A DNA stretch of 64,000 nucleotides from Eubacterium sp. (GTDB lineage: Bacteria; Bacillota; Clostridia; Lachnospirales; Lachnospiraceae), in assembly GCA_017514785.1 (NCBI GenBank), contig JAFWIO010000055.1, positions 18,311 through 82,310 of the forward strand, read 5' to 3'. Below the pieces are notes generated by a model that was given only the letters and a program-made list of their open reading frames with translations, searched no databases and had not been told where the DNA came from. The position numbers and the translations under genes are program-made. Shown here piece after piece: positions 6,099 to 14,599 of this stretch. Within the stretch, counting starts at the first letter, position 1. Every line of letters begins with the position of its first letter.

Positions 6099-8726
6099 TT
6101 AGTCTTGTGGGTATACACCCGAAGTTCCTTCCACTGTAGTTCCATCTAATGTTACGTAGAATGGTGTTACATTCCAATCTGAATTTGTATCAGGATCCAT
6201 TCCTCTTACAGTGTATGTGAAGAAGTAAGTTGAATCATCACTAAATTCTGTAGGGAAAACATCTTTTCCGCCGGCATTAATCTTTGTATATAATTTCTCA
6301 ACAGACTTTGTCTTTTCTGTGATTACAGCATCTCCATAATGTCCTGTGAACTTAAATCCTGCTGACTGATAATCCATTGAATCCAAACTACTTAGGAAAC
6401 GAACCGCTGTTCCATCAAGAGCTTCCTGGAACTTTGTTCCAAGAACATCTTCGTCAATGAATTTAGCATAAGCATATCCTGTTGTTTCCATATAAGGTGT
6501 TGTGCATGCTGAATCCTCGAACCATCCTGCAAAGATCTTTCCAGCCTTTGTTGGAGCTGTAGCAGGTGTAGTTGCCTTGTATGGTGTTACATCCATATAT
6601 TCTGGAAGTTCCTGTCCATCATATACAGCCATTTCGAAAATTGAGTGGCCCCAGTTAGTTGTTCTAGCTGTATCATAAATACGTACATATCTACCACTTA
6701 CTGTATTTGCAAGAACAATAGTATCTCTTCTGTTTGCGCCTGAAGCTGCGCCGTTTACAATACCTACTGTCTTAAAGTTTGTTCCGTCTGTTGAAACTTG
6801 AACTTTGAAGTCTTTTGCACTAGCAGTCTCCCACCAAGCATCAACTTCCTTAATTGTCTTAACTGCGCCAAGGTCTACGCATAGCCACTGTGGGTCACTT
6901 GCTGAAGCTTCCCAACGTGTTCCAGGTTTGTAGTCAATAGCATTGGTAGCATTTCCATTTGAAGCTGTTGCTGTTACACCCGAAATTGTAGCACCGTTTC
7001 TTGTGATAAGGTTGAAGCCATTCTCATTTGTGTCATCATACACGCCTGTGCCTGTATCTGAACTGTATGTGAATCCATCTGATACTGCCACGTCTGCAAC
7101 AGTAAGTCCAGTTGATAGGAATCCATCTTTGTATGATTTAACTGTAACATCATATGAGCCTGCTTCCACGCCGTCTAATCTATAGTCTCCTCCAGTCAAG
7201 CCTTCTGCTGCCAAGTCTCCGTCCAAATATACATTCCATGTATATCCGTCTTCGACCTGACCTGTGTCTGGAGTGATTGTTCCTGTGATTTCGTTGTAGT
7301 CGTCTGATTCAGCTGTGAATCCTGCTGGATCGTCCACAGTTTCTACTGGAGCAAGTTCTGCGTCTCCATCTATATCATAAACACCAAACTCTGTAATCTG
7401 TGCACCATATGCAACTGCGTTAGGGAAATATACTCTAACGTATCTAACCGCGCCAGATGAAAGATTTGAAACATCACCTGTAATCAAGAATGGATTAGTT
7501 TGTGATCCTTTTTGTGCTGAGAACTCTGATTGTGTCAAAGTAGCAACATCTGTAAAGTCAACTCCGTCTGTAGAATACTGGAACTTCATTCCACCATTTT
7601 CTGGATAAGTTCCACCTACATTAGATCTAAACCAAACTGCTAGTGTTTCAAAACTTGACGCTTTCCATGTATCAACTAAATCGATTGTGAACCATGAACC
7701 AGCTTGTCCTTTTGTAGCTGTTGAATATGCGCTGCTTGAAATCACGCCGTCTGTAACACTACCGTTTCCTTCTGTTGAAGAACCACTGTCCATTGTAAAT
7801 GTCTTTTGATATCCATAATTCCAAGTAGGATCTGTTACCTTTGTCGCATACGTATTAACTGTAACCTGATTTGAGTTAATACCAGGAGAAATTGCTCCGT
7901 TGTAATGTGACTGAACAAATACTGTGTGGTCTCCGCCAACTACATCATATGTGTAATCAACGCCTGCCTGACAAGTTGCATTCAACAACTGTCCATTAGG
8001 ACTATCTAAGTTTGCAGAATATACATAACCTTCTTGGTCTTCTCCTGCTGTAATGTTAAATGTAATCTGTCCTAGATCATTTGATGAAGCCGTAACTGCT
8101 GCTGGATCAGCACACGTCTCAACAGGTGCCAACTCTGGATCTTCAGCCAAAACTGCAATCTCAGTTAACTGAATTCCGTATGTTGGAACTGTTGGATAAT
8201 CAATCTTGATATATCTAACTCTTCCCGTGTAACTTGAAACATCATTTACTGTTGCTTTGCTATCTTCCAAATCAGCTGCTGCCATTGTTCCTGATGTGTA
8301 TACAGTATCCCAATTAACCAAATCATCTGAATACTGGATGTTGTATGTTCTGCCTACTACTGTATCATTGTCAGCATAATCTTTATAAGCACAAACAATC
8401 TCATCTAGAGACTCAGACTTATAAATGTTTCCTAAATCCAAAATAGCATAAGCTTCTCCACTGTAGCCCCATCCTGATGACATGGCACAGGCTCCACTGA
8501 AGTTACCATTTGTAAGGTTAACTTTATTACCTTCTGCTACTCCAGGATAAACTGTTGCTGCACTGTTAAGTACCATGTTCGTCATAGTACCGTTACCTGC
8601 AATACTGTCAATCTCATCTTGAGAAAGTGTAGCCGCATCTACCTTTGCAGCGCTAAACATAAACCCTGAGAATACCATAGATAAACTCAATGCTATCGCT
8701 AGAGTTCTTCTAATAATTTTCTTCAT
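6099..8726 (-). CDS. Secreted protein with about three F5/8 type C-like domains, FN3-like spacers and the shared C-terminal domain
   Basis: Signal peptide; AILDLG..RYIKID, WFTIDL..RYVRVY, TRWEAS..QWLCVDLG..GRYVRIY motifs. Confidence 0.8.
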   Translation of the reverse strand: MKKIIRRTLAIALSLSMVFSGFMFSAAKVDAATLSQDEIDSIAGNGTMTNMVLNSAATVYPGVAEGNKVNLTNGNFSGACAMSSGWGYSGEAYAILDLGNIYKSESLDEIVCAYKDYADNDTVVGRTYNIQYSDDLVNWDTVYTSGTMAAADLEDSKATVNDVSSYTGRVRYIKIDYPTVPTYGIQLTEIAVLAEDPELAPVETCADPAAVTASSNDLGQITFNITAGEDQEGYVYSANLDSPNGQLLNATCQAGVDYTYDVVGGDHTVFVQSHYNGAISPGINSNQVTVNTYATKVTDPTWNYGYQKTFTMDSGSSTEGNGSVTDGVISSSAYSTATKGQAGSWFTIDLVDTWKASSFETLAVWFRSNVGGTYPENGGMKFQYSTDGVDFTDVATLTQSEFSAQKGSQTNPFLITGDVSNLSSGAVRYVRVYFPNAVAYGAQITEFGVYDIDGDAELAPVETVDDPAGFTAESDDYNEITGTITPDTGQVEDGYTWNVYLDGDLAAEGLTGGDYRLDGVEAGSYDVTVKSYKDGFLSTGLTVADVAVSDGFTYSSDTGTGVYDDTNENGFNLITRNGATISGVTATASNGNATNAIDYKPGTRWEASASDPQWLCVDLGAVKTIKEVDAWWETASAKDFKVQVSTDGTNFKTVGIVNGAASGANRRDTIVLANTVSGRYVRIYDTARTTNWGHSIFEMAVYDGQELPEYMDVTPYKATTPATAPTKAGKIFAGWFEDSACTTPYMETTGYAYAKFIDEDVLGTKFQEALDGTAVRFLSSLDSMDYQSAGFKFTGHYGDAVITEKTKSVEKLYTKINAGGKDVFPTEFSDDSTYFFTYTVRGMDPDTNSDWNVTPFYVTLDGTTVEGTSGVYPQD
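6107..6488. repeat. Near-identical DNA copy 2 of the C-terminal domain coding region
   Basis: Matches 1928-2309. Confidence 0.9.
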
Positions 8727-8969
8727 ATCTTTCCTCCTACAAACAAAGAATTTTTATAAAATTTTGTCCGTATAAACTGTCTAAAAAATCGGTTTAGATA
8801 ACCGAATTATCGCTACTTTTATTGTAGTATAGGCAGTGTTTTTGATGTAGTATCATTTTTTGAATAGGTTACTGATATTTTAGTTATCAGCGTTAATTTT
8901 TGCACAAAAAAGAGCCACTTTTGCGACTCTATTTTTACTATATTTTCTTTGTCGATGATGCTCTTTTTG

Positions 8970-10241
8970 CTAATCAATTTTAAGTCCTTTGAGCAGTTCC
9001 TTCTTATAATTGCTTTTGTCCATATCACTCTTTAGCGACTTGATTGGATTCTTCCTGCCGAGGCCCTTTCTTGCATATCTACCCGTCTGGTACGCCCACG
9101 CCAAAGGCCTTAGCGCCTTGTGCTTTCTGGCTGCCTCCCAGTGAGTGAGTCCAAGCCTCTGGAGCGATCCAATCATTGTGAAAACATTTTTGTTTCTATA
9201 TAATACGCCTGCGCCTTCGTCGGCGGCGGTTTGCTTTGCACCGAAGTTGCCGGATGCTAAGATTTGTTCCATCCACGCGGTAGCCAGTTTGGCAATTTCA
9301 TTTTGCTCTTGCTCTGCTGCTTCACGCAATGTGGTGGCTGGTGTAGTTCCTTTGCACCAGGCGATGCTTTTATCTAGGCCAAGGTGCATTTGACCCATGC
9401 GCGCGAAAACGATGGCCGCATCCTTTAGGCTGACCTCATCCAAGTACTGCTCGTAAGTCTCTTGCCAAGCGCGGTCGTCCACATGCTTTTCCACAAACTG
9501 CATCCAATCGATCACATGGCGAAGCCCCACGCCCTTCGACTGCCCAGTATGCTGAATGATATGGCGAAGAATTATAAGGCCGTTCAGTTTCTCCTCAAAC
9601 ATCGGGAACTCGTACTCGCCCACCTGGCCGGTCTCGATGTGATCCATTCCTTCTTGGATAAGCGCCTCAATCTTTGCGTCTGTCTCCTTGCCCTGCACGG
9701 TGTCGGACATACGTCTGTGAAGTTCAAACGTCACCCCGTTCTTCTTAAGCTCCACGTGATGATACTTCTCATCCTCCAGGTGCATCTGCCCCTTTGACGC
9801 GTCCGCTGCAAAGTCATATCCATTCTCCCTAAGGAGTTCATATGTTTTATCGAAGTCTTGGGCGCGGACGAAAAAGTCCACGTCGCCCATCGAACGGTAG
9901 TCGGGCTTTGGATAATTCATGGCCGCCGCACTACCCTTTATGATGGCAACCGGAATATCGTTGTCCTGTAGAAGCTTTACGAGTTTAGTCTGCGCTTCCA
10001 TAAGTTTGGTCCACTCCGCCACTTGGCTGTAAACCATCACCGTCCACTCCTGCTTTAGTTCCTCTAGCGCATCAACATTTTTCACCATATACTCGAGCGG
10101 TATACCTAAAATAGACTGGTCAGATAATTCTTCAAAAACCTGATCCCAGTCTATGTTTTCTGGCAGTTTAAACTCTGCACCACTACTCTGGTGCAAAGAT
10201 AAGTTTATTAATTTGAAAATTGTGGTTTGTAGGTTATTCAT
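8970..10241 (-). CDS. Nucleotidyltransferase family protein (NTP_transf_5-like, lasso/PqqD-cluster type)
   Basis: IIKGSAAAMNYPKPDYRSMGDVDFFV motif, FELH, GLRHVIDW. Confidence 0.85.
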   Translation of the reverse strand: MNNLQTTIFKLINLSLHQSSGAEFKLPENIDWDQVFEELSDQSILGIPLEYMVKNVDALEELKQEWTVMVYSQVAEWTKLMEAQTKLVKLLQDNDIPVAIIKGSAAAMNYPKPDYRSMGDVDFFVRAQDFDKTYELLRENGYDFAADASKGQMHLEDEKYHHVELKKNGVTFELHRRMSDTVQGKETDAKIEALIQEGMDHIETGQVGEYEFPMFEEKLNGLIILRHIIQHTGQSKGVGLRHVIDWMQFVEKHVDDRAWQETYEQYLDEVSLKDAAIVFARMGQMHLGLDKSIAWCKGTTPATTLREAAEQEQNEIAKLATAWMEQILASGNFGAKQTAADEGAGVLYRNKNVFTMIGSLQRLGLTHWEAARKHKALRPLAWAYQTGRYARKGLGRKNPIKSLKSDMDKSNYKKELLKGLKID

Positions 10242-10788
10242 TACTATGATTTCTTTTTTTCAGTTTTATCTCATTAGATTTGTTTCCATGTTTCTTAAAT
10301 GCGTTTTTAGGCAACTTATTCCAAAACTTTTTAAAATCAAACTTACACATTTCCAAGCGAGCGGGTAGATTGTTGCATTTTAATAAGTCCGACTTATAAT
10401 TAGTATTGGTTTTGCTCCTTGTTAGTTCTTTTACTTCTTTAATCTGACACGCTCTAACCAATTCATCTTCCAAATTTTCAACCTGCGGAATACACACCAC
10501 TTTTTTTACATTCTTTTTTGATTCAAGATACTCTATATTCCACTTCAAACATGGCTCTCCTTCTGAACCTCTGTCAGTGTCATAAACAAGTATTACTATC
10601 GTATTGCTTTTTATTCCTCTTGCTCGCATATTACTAAAATGCTCTTGGGTAACATTGAAAACTTCAACTTTACCATGTTGGATAAACTTAAAATCCTTTT
10701 TCAGAACATCTATTATTTTTTTATCACCTTCGCCTTCTACATAATACCTATAAATATTATTTCTACTCACTGTTATTCCCCCCCTCAC
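10234..10788 (-). CDS. RloB/TOPRIM-like protein, partner of the upstream ATPase
   Basis: YVEGEGD at the N-terminus and VYDTD (TOPRIM-like E...DxD); 4-nt overlap with the ATPase stop. Confidence 0.5.
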   Translation of the reverse strand: MRGGITVSRNNIYRYYVEGEGDKKIIDVLKKDFKFIQHGKVEVFNVTQEHFSNMRARGIKSNTIVILVYDTDRGSEGEPCLKWNIEYLESKKNVKKVVCIPQVENLEDELVRACQIKEVKELTRSKTNTNYKSDLLKCNNLPARLEMCKFDFKKFWNKLPKNAFKKHGNKSNEIKLKKRNHSNE

Positions 10789-11882
10789 TTCGCAATGTCT
10801 GCTATATCATATATTTTTTCGACATTAGGTGATGTTGAAAAGACATCATTATCCAATGCATTTCTAATTGAATCAGTATTCTTTTTTAGATAATCTGATG
10901 CATTTACATATTCAATTTTATTCGCTCCATCTTTATCTTTTTTCAAAAAACAAAAGGAATGATTAGGCAAATCCATTTCAGCCACATCAGAATTATGTGT
11001 AGTAAAGAATAACTGTCCACGTTCTGATAATTTTTCAATCATTAAAGATAAACATGCAATTTCAATATCTGAATTAACATACGTAAATAGTTCATCACAG
11101 TAGTAAAAATTATGCATTCCACATATCATAGATGCTATTGAATATGCAATCTTAAATCCCATTTTTGTACCGCTTGAAAAAATCTTTTCCCCCTTAACAT
11201 CACCATCTTGTATCAAGACAGAGTGATTATTAAGCTTTATTAAGTAAGTGTTTTCAACGTCCATAACTTTATGTACTGATTTAACAGCTGGATCCAATGT
11301 TTTCATTATTAGTCCTAGAACTTTAATATATTCTTTTTCCTCTATAGACTTTATTGAATCAACTATTCTATGCCCATATTGAAAGCACCATCCCGGAACA
11401 GGAATATCCTTATAATCTATTTCTTCTCCTTCTCCTTCATCTAATCTTTTAGCACATGTTTCGTAGTTGTCATTTTGATTGATGGAAACAAACTCCAATT
11501 TTTTATCACATATTTTTTCTTCCTTATCATCTTCTTTGTTTATTTTAGTTTTAAGAGTGAAACGATATAAACGGTTATCCCAAGCAACAAAGTCAACACA
11601 TAAATGCGCCCATTTTCTCTCATCAGTAATATGATCTGCAAATCTGTAGGCATTCCCGTCTCTCAAAAAATTTGCAAACCCCATTAATAATTCGCCTAGT
11701 GTTGTTTTGCCCGTAGCATTACTCCCCATCAAAATATTAACCTTTCTGTATCTGAAATTAGGTCTACTCTTCAAGTACTCTCCTTCTACGGGTGTATTTA
11801 CAACTTTTTTAGGGTATGACATATTCATATAAAACTTTTTGAAAGCATATAAATTATCAACTCCAATATTCATAATAATCAT
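10785..11882 (-). CDS. ABC-type AAA ATPase (AAA_21/RloA-like)
   Basis: Walker A GSNATGKTT, signature FSSGTK, Walker B YCDE, H-loop TTHN. Confidence 0.8.
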   Translation of the reverse strand: MIIMNIGVDNLYAFKKFYMNMSYPKKVVNTPVEGEYLKSRPNFRYRKVNILMGSNATGKTTLGELLMGFANFLRDGNAYRFADHITDERKWAHLCVDFVAWDNRLYRFTLKTKINKEDDKEEKICDKKLEFVSINQNDNYETCAKRLDEGEGEEIDYKDIPVPGWCFQYGHRIVDSIKSIEEKEYIKVLGLIMKTLDPAVKSVHKVMDVENTYLIKLNNHSVLIQDGDVKGEKIFSSGTKMGFKIAYSIASMICGMHNFYYCDELFTYVNSDIEIACLSLMIEKLSERGQLFFTTHNSDVAEMDLPNHSFCFLKKDKDGANKIEYVNASDYLKKNTDSIRNALDNDVFSTSPNVEKIYDIADIAK

Positions 11883-11951
11883 GTTAGTCTTTTCCTCCTT
11901 TAATTCCGTTCTTATATTACTTCTCGTTATTAGAACTAATATTGTATAATT

Positions 11952-11979
11952 ATTATAAACAATTCACCATAAATGTCAA
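11952..11979 (-). promoter_or_regulatory. Sigma-A consensus promoter for the ATPase/RloB-like operon
   Basis: TTGACA (11979-11974), 16-nt spacer, TATAAT (11957-11952) on the minus strand. Confidence 0.7.
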
Positions 11980-11997
11980 CTTTTTCATGTAAGCAAA

Positions 11998-12019
11998 AGG
12001 ACAAGCATATGCTTGTCCT
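11998..12019 (-). terminator. Perfect 22-bp palindrome, likely terminator downstream of the phosphonate operon
   Basis: AGGACAAGCATATGCTTGTCCT, followed by TTT on the minus strand. Confidence 0.6.
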
Positions 12020-12341
12020 CTGTCCCTCTACTTTTGAAGGGCATCAAATAATTGGAGCGCTAGGGATTTGAACCCTTGGGCATTCATCCTTTATATATTA
12101 TCAGTATCTTTATTATTACCTGAAACACGCCCCACAAATGCCCATTAGTCCTATCAGATAAACATCTAAACTATTTCTAGTAATCATACTAACACCTCCT
12201 ATAATAGAAATCATATCTATAATAATATTAATTAGTTTCAATATACAGTCACAAGAAGTGTTCTTAATTAAACATAAAGATACCAATAAAGGCTATATGT
12301 TATTACAATTATGGTGATTCTCTTTTAAAAACAATCCTCTT

Positions 12342-13463
12342 TTATTCTTCGCCCAAATACTCCATAAAGTTTTCTTTATTCTCACGCGCTGTCGTGGTAG
12401 GTCTCCCTAAATCATCTCTCGCACCGATAGCACACTTAACTTCAATAAAACTCAACTCATTCTTATCTTTAGCATCTAGCAATGCCTTATCCAAATCATC
12501 CATATTATCAACAGAACAGTAATTCGGATATCCACAGGCCTCAGCCATCTTTACCATATCTACATCCGATGCTACTGTAGGCATTCCACCAACTGTTTCA
12601 TGAGCCCCATTGTTTATTACGATATGAACCATGTTGTTTGGTTTATTTGCTCCAACCACTGCCATTGCACCGAGGTGCATAAGTGCAGATCCGTCGCCGT
12701 CCACGCACCAAACCTTTTTATCTGGTTTGTTAAACGCAACTCCTAACGCAATTGAACTAGTATGTCCCATCGAACCGACAGTTAAGAAATCATATTTATG
12801 ACTTTGACCATTGCGTTCTCTTATCTCAAAAAGTTCACGGCTTGCTTTTCCTGTGGTTGAAACGATTGGGTCTTCGCCGCTCACTTTTACAATATGCTCT
12901 ATTATCTCCTCGCGTATCAGAGAATTATCATTAGAATACTCAATCTGGCCATCATACTCTAGCGCACCTTTTCTAACAACAAATGCCACGCACTTTCCTT
13001 CATCAAGAGTTTTTCTAAAGCTACTCATAACTTCTTCTAACTCTTCATCTGTGGTATCCTTCGAAATAATAAACGAATCTATTCCCATATCATCAAGTAG
13101 CTTTACTGTTACTTCGCCTTGGTAGATGTGCTGTGGTTCATCATGAACCCCTAGTTCACCTCTCCATCCAATTACAAAAACGACCGGAATAGAATAAACC
13201 TGATCATTCAATAACGACGCTACTGGGTTAATGATATTTCCTTCGCCGCTGTTTTGCATATAAACAACAGGCACCTTTCCTGTAGCCAAATGATAGCCTG
13301 CCGCCAACGCTGTGCAGTTCCCCTCATTCGCTGCAATCACATGATGTTTTGAATCGATGCCATATGTGTTCATCAAATAGTTACATAGCTGTTTAAGCTG
13401 TGAATCCGGAACTCCTGTATAAAAGTCCGCACCTATAGTATTTACTAATGTCTCAATCTTCAT
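12342..13463 (-). CDS. aepY: Phosphonopyruvate decarboxylase
   Basis: FYTGVPDS, AANEG, YMQNSGEGN, HDEPQH, GSMG, DGDG ThDP motifs; in operon with PEP mutase. Confidence 0.93.
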   Translation of the reverse strand: MKIETLVNTIGADFYTGVPDSQLKQLCNYLMNTYGIDSKHHVIAANEGNCTALAAGYHLATGKVPVVYMQNSGEGNIINPVASLLNDQVYSIPVVFVIGWRGELGVHDEPQHIYQGEVTVKLLDDMGIDSFIISKDTTDEELEEVMSSFRKTLDEGKCVAFVVRKGALEYDGQIEYSNDNSLIREEIIEHIVKVSGEDPIVSTTGKASRELFEIRERNGQSHKYDFLTVGSMGHTSSIALGVAFNKPDKKVWCVDGDGSALMHLGAMAVVGANKPNNMVHIVINNGAHETVGGMPTVASDVDMVKMAEACGYPNYCSVDNMDDLDKALLDAKDKNELSFIEVKCAIGARDDLGRPTTTARENKENFMEYLGEE

Positions 13464-13475
13464 AATAGCTATCCT

Positions 13476-14588
13476 TTAATCTAGGATCTGATGATATATC
13501 ATATCAATAGTTTCTTCTGTTAATTTAACCGGATGGTTTTTTAGTCTAGTAGCATTTACTGAACTAACCAACTCTTTAAAATCCTCTTCCTTCGCCGAAG
13601 GTTTCGGCAAATCTAGCTCACTAACAATTTCTTCAATTTTATCAGCCATCTCTGCTTGGTTTTCGCACCCCATAGTGTTTGCCATCTCATCAAAAATATC
13701 TGACAAAAATTCCTTGCCTCTACTATCAATGCATAAATCCAAATTATTAATCATAAATGGAATTAATTTAGAGTCACAAAGTGCTGCTGCATGACCATGA
13801 GCTATTCCATAAAGACTCGTAAGTTTATAACACATCGCGTGGCCAGCTGTAGTTTGTGTAATATTGATTGCCTTTCCAGCTATGTGTGAAGCCTCAAGCA
13901 TCTTCTCATTTGCACCAGGGTCATTTTGCAAATATCCATCTTTGTTCTCAAGAATTAGCTCAAGCGCCTGTTTCGAATAATCCCTACTCTTCTCATTACT
14001 ATTAACAGACCAAAAAGATTCAACTGAATGACAAAGCGCGTCCAGCATAGTTGATTTCTTTTGATAATCTGGAAGCGTCTCCAAAGCCGACGAATCAAAA
14101 ACAACGACCGATGGAATGCAACTATCATCTGCAACAGATTGCTTCACTCCTTCGTAATAGATCACCGCAAACTTTGTGGCCTCGCTGCCAGTGCCTGCTG
14201 TGGTTGGCATCGCCATCAACTTAACATTATTAGGAACAATCTCCTGATCTAAATAGTTGATCGAATCATCCATATTTGAATAGAGTTTGATGCACTTGGC
14301 AACATCCATTGCGCTTCCTCCGCCCACGGCAAAGATAGCATCGCACTCTTCTTTATGAAAAACTTCCACACCTTTTACCACTGACTCATACAATGGATTC
14401 GGTTGAAAGTCACTAAACTTAACAACTTTTATTTCATAATCATTCTCTAGTGAATCAAAAAAATCTTTTACTTTTAAAAACTGCAACGATTCATCACACA
14501 CTAATAAAAGTTTGCTCAAATCAAGACTTGCCAAGTAACTGCCAAGTTCTTTGTAATCGCCATTTGCTTTTATAATATGCTGGTTCAT
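13476..14588 (-). CDS. Iron-containing alcohol dehydrogenase, probable phosphonoacetaldehyde reductase
   Basis: GGGSAMD, PTTAGTGSE, DALCH..E, GHAMCY, HGHA; lies between pepM and ppd. Confidence 0.85.
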   Translation of the reverse strand: MNQHIIKANGDYKELGSYLASLDLSKLLLVCDESLQFLKVKDFFDSLENDYEIKVVKFSDFQPNPLYESVVKGVEVFHKEECDAIFAVGGGSAMDVAKCIKLYSNMDDSINYLDQEIVPNNVKLMAMPTTAGTGSEATKFAVIYYEGVKQSVADDSCIPSVVVFDSSALETLPDYQKKSTMLDALCHSVESFWSVNSNEKSRDYSKQALELILENKDGYLQNDPGANEKMLEASHIAGKAINITQTTAGHAMCYKLTSLYGIAHGHAAALCDSKLIPFMINNLDLCIDSRGKEFLSDIFDEMANTMGCENQAEMADKIEEIVSELDLPKPSAKEEDFKELVSSVNATRLKNHPVKLTEETIDMIYHQILD

Positions 14589-14599
14589 CTTAAGCTCCT

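Noticed and set aside
12116-12187. 23-aa ORF with AGGAGG RBS (MITRNSLDVYLIGLMGICGACFR)
   Set aside because: Too short and no supporting motif or context.
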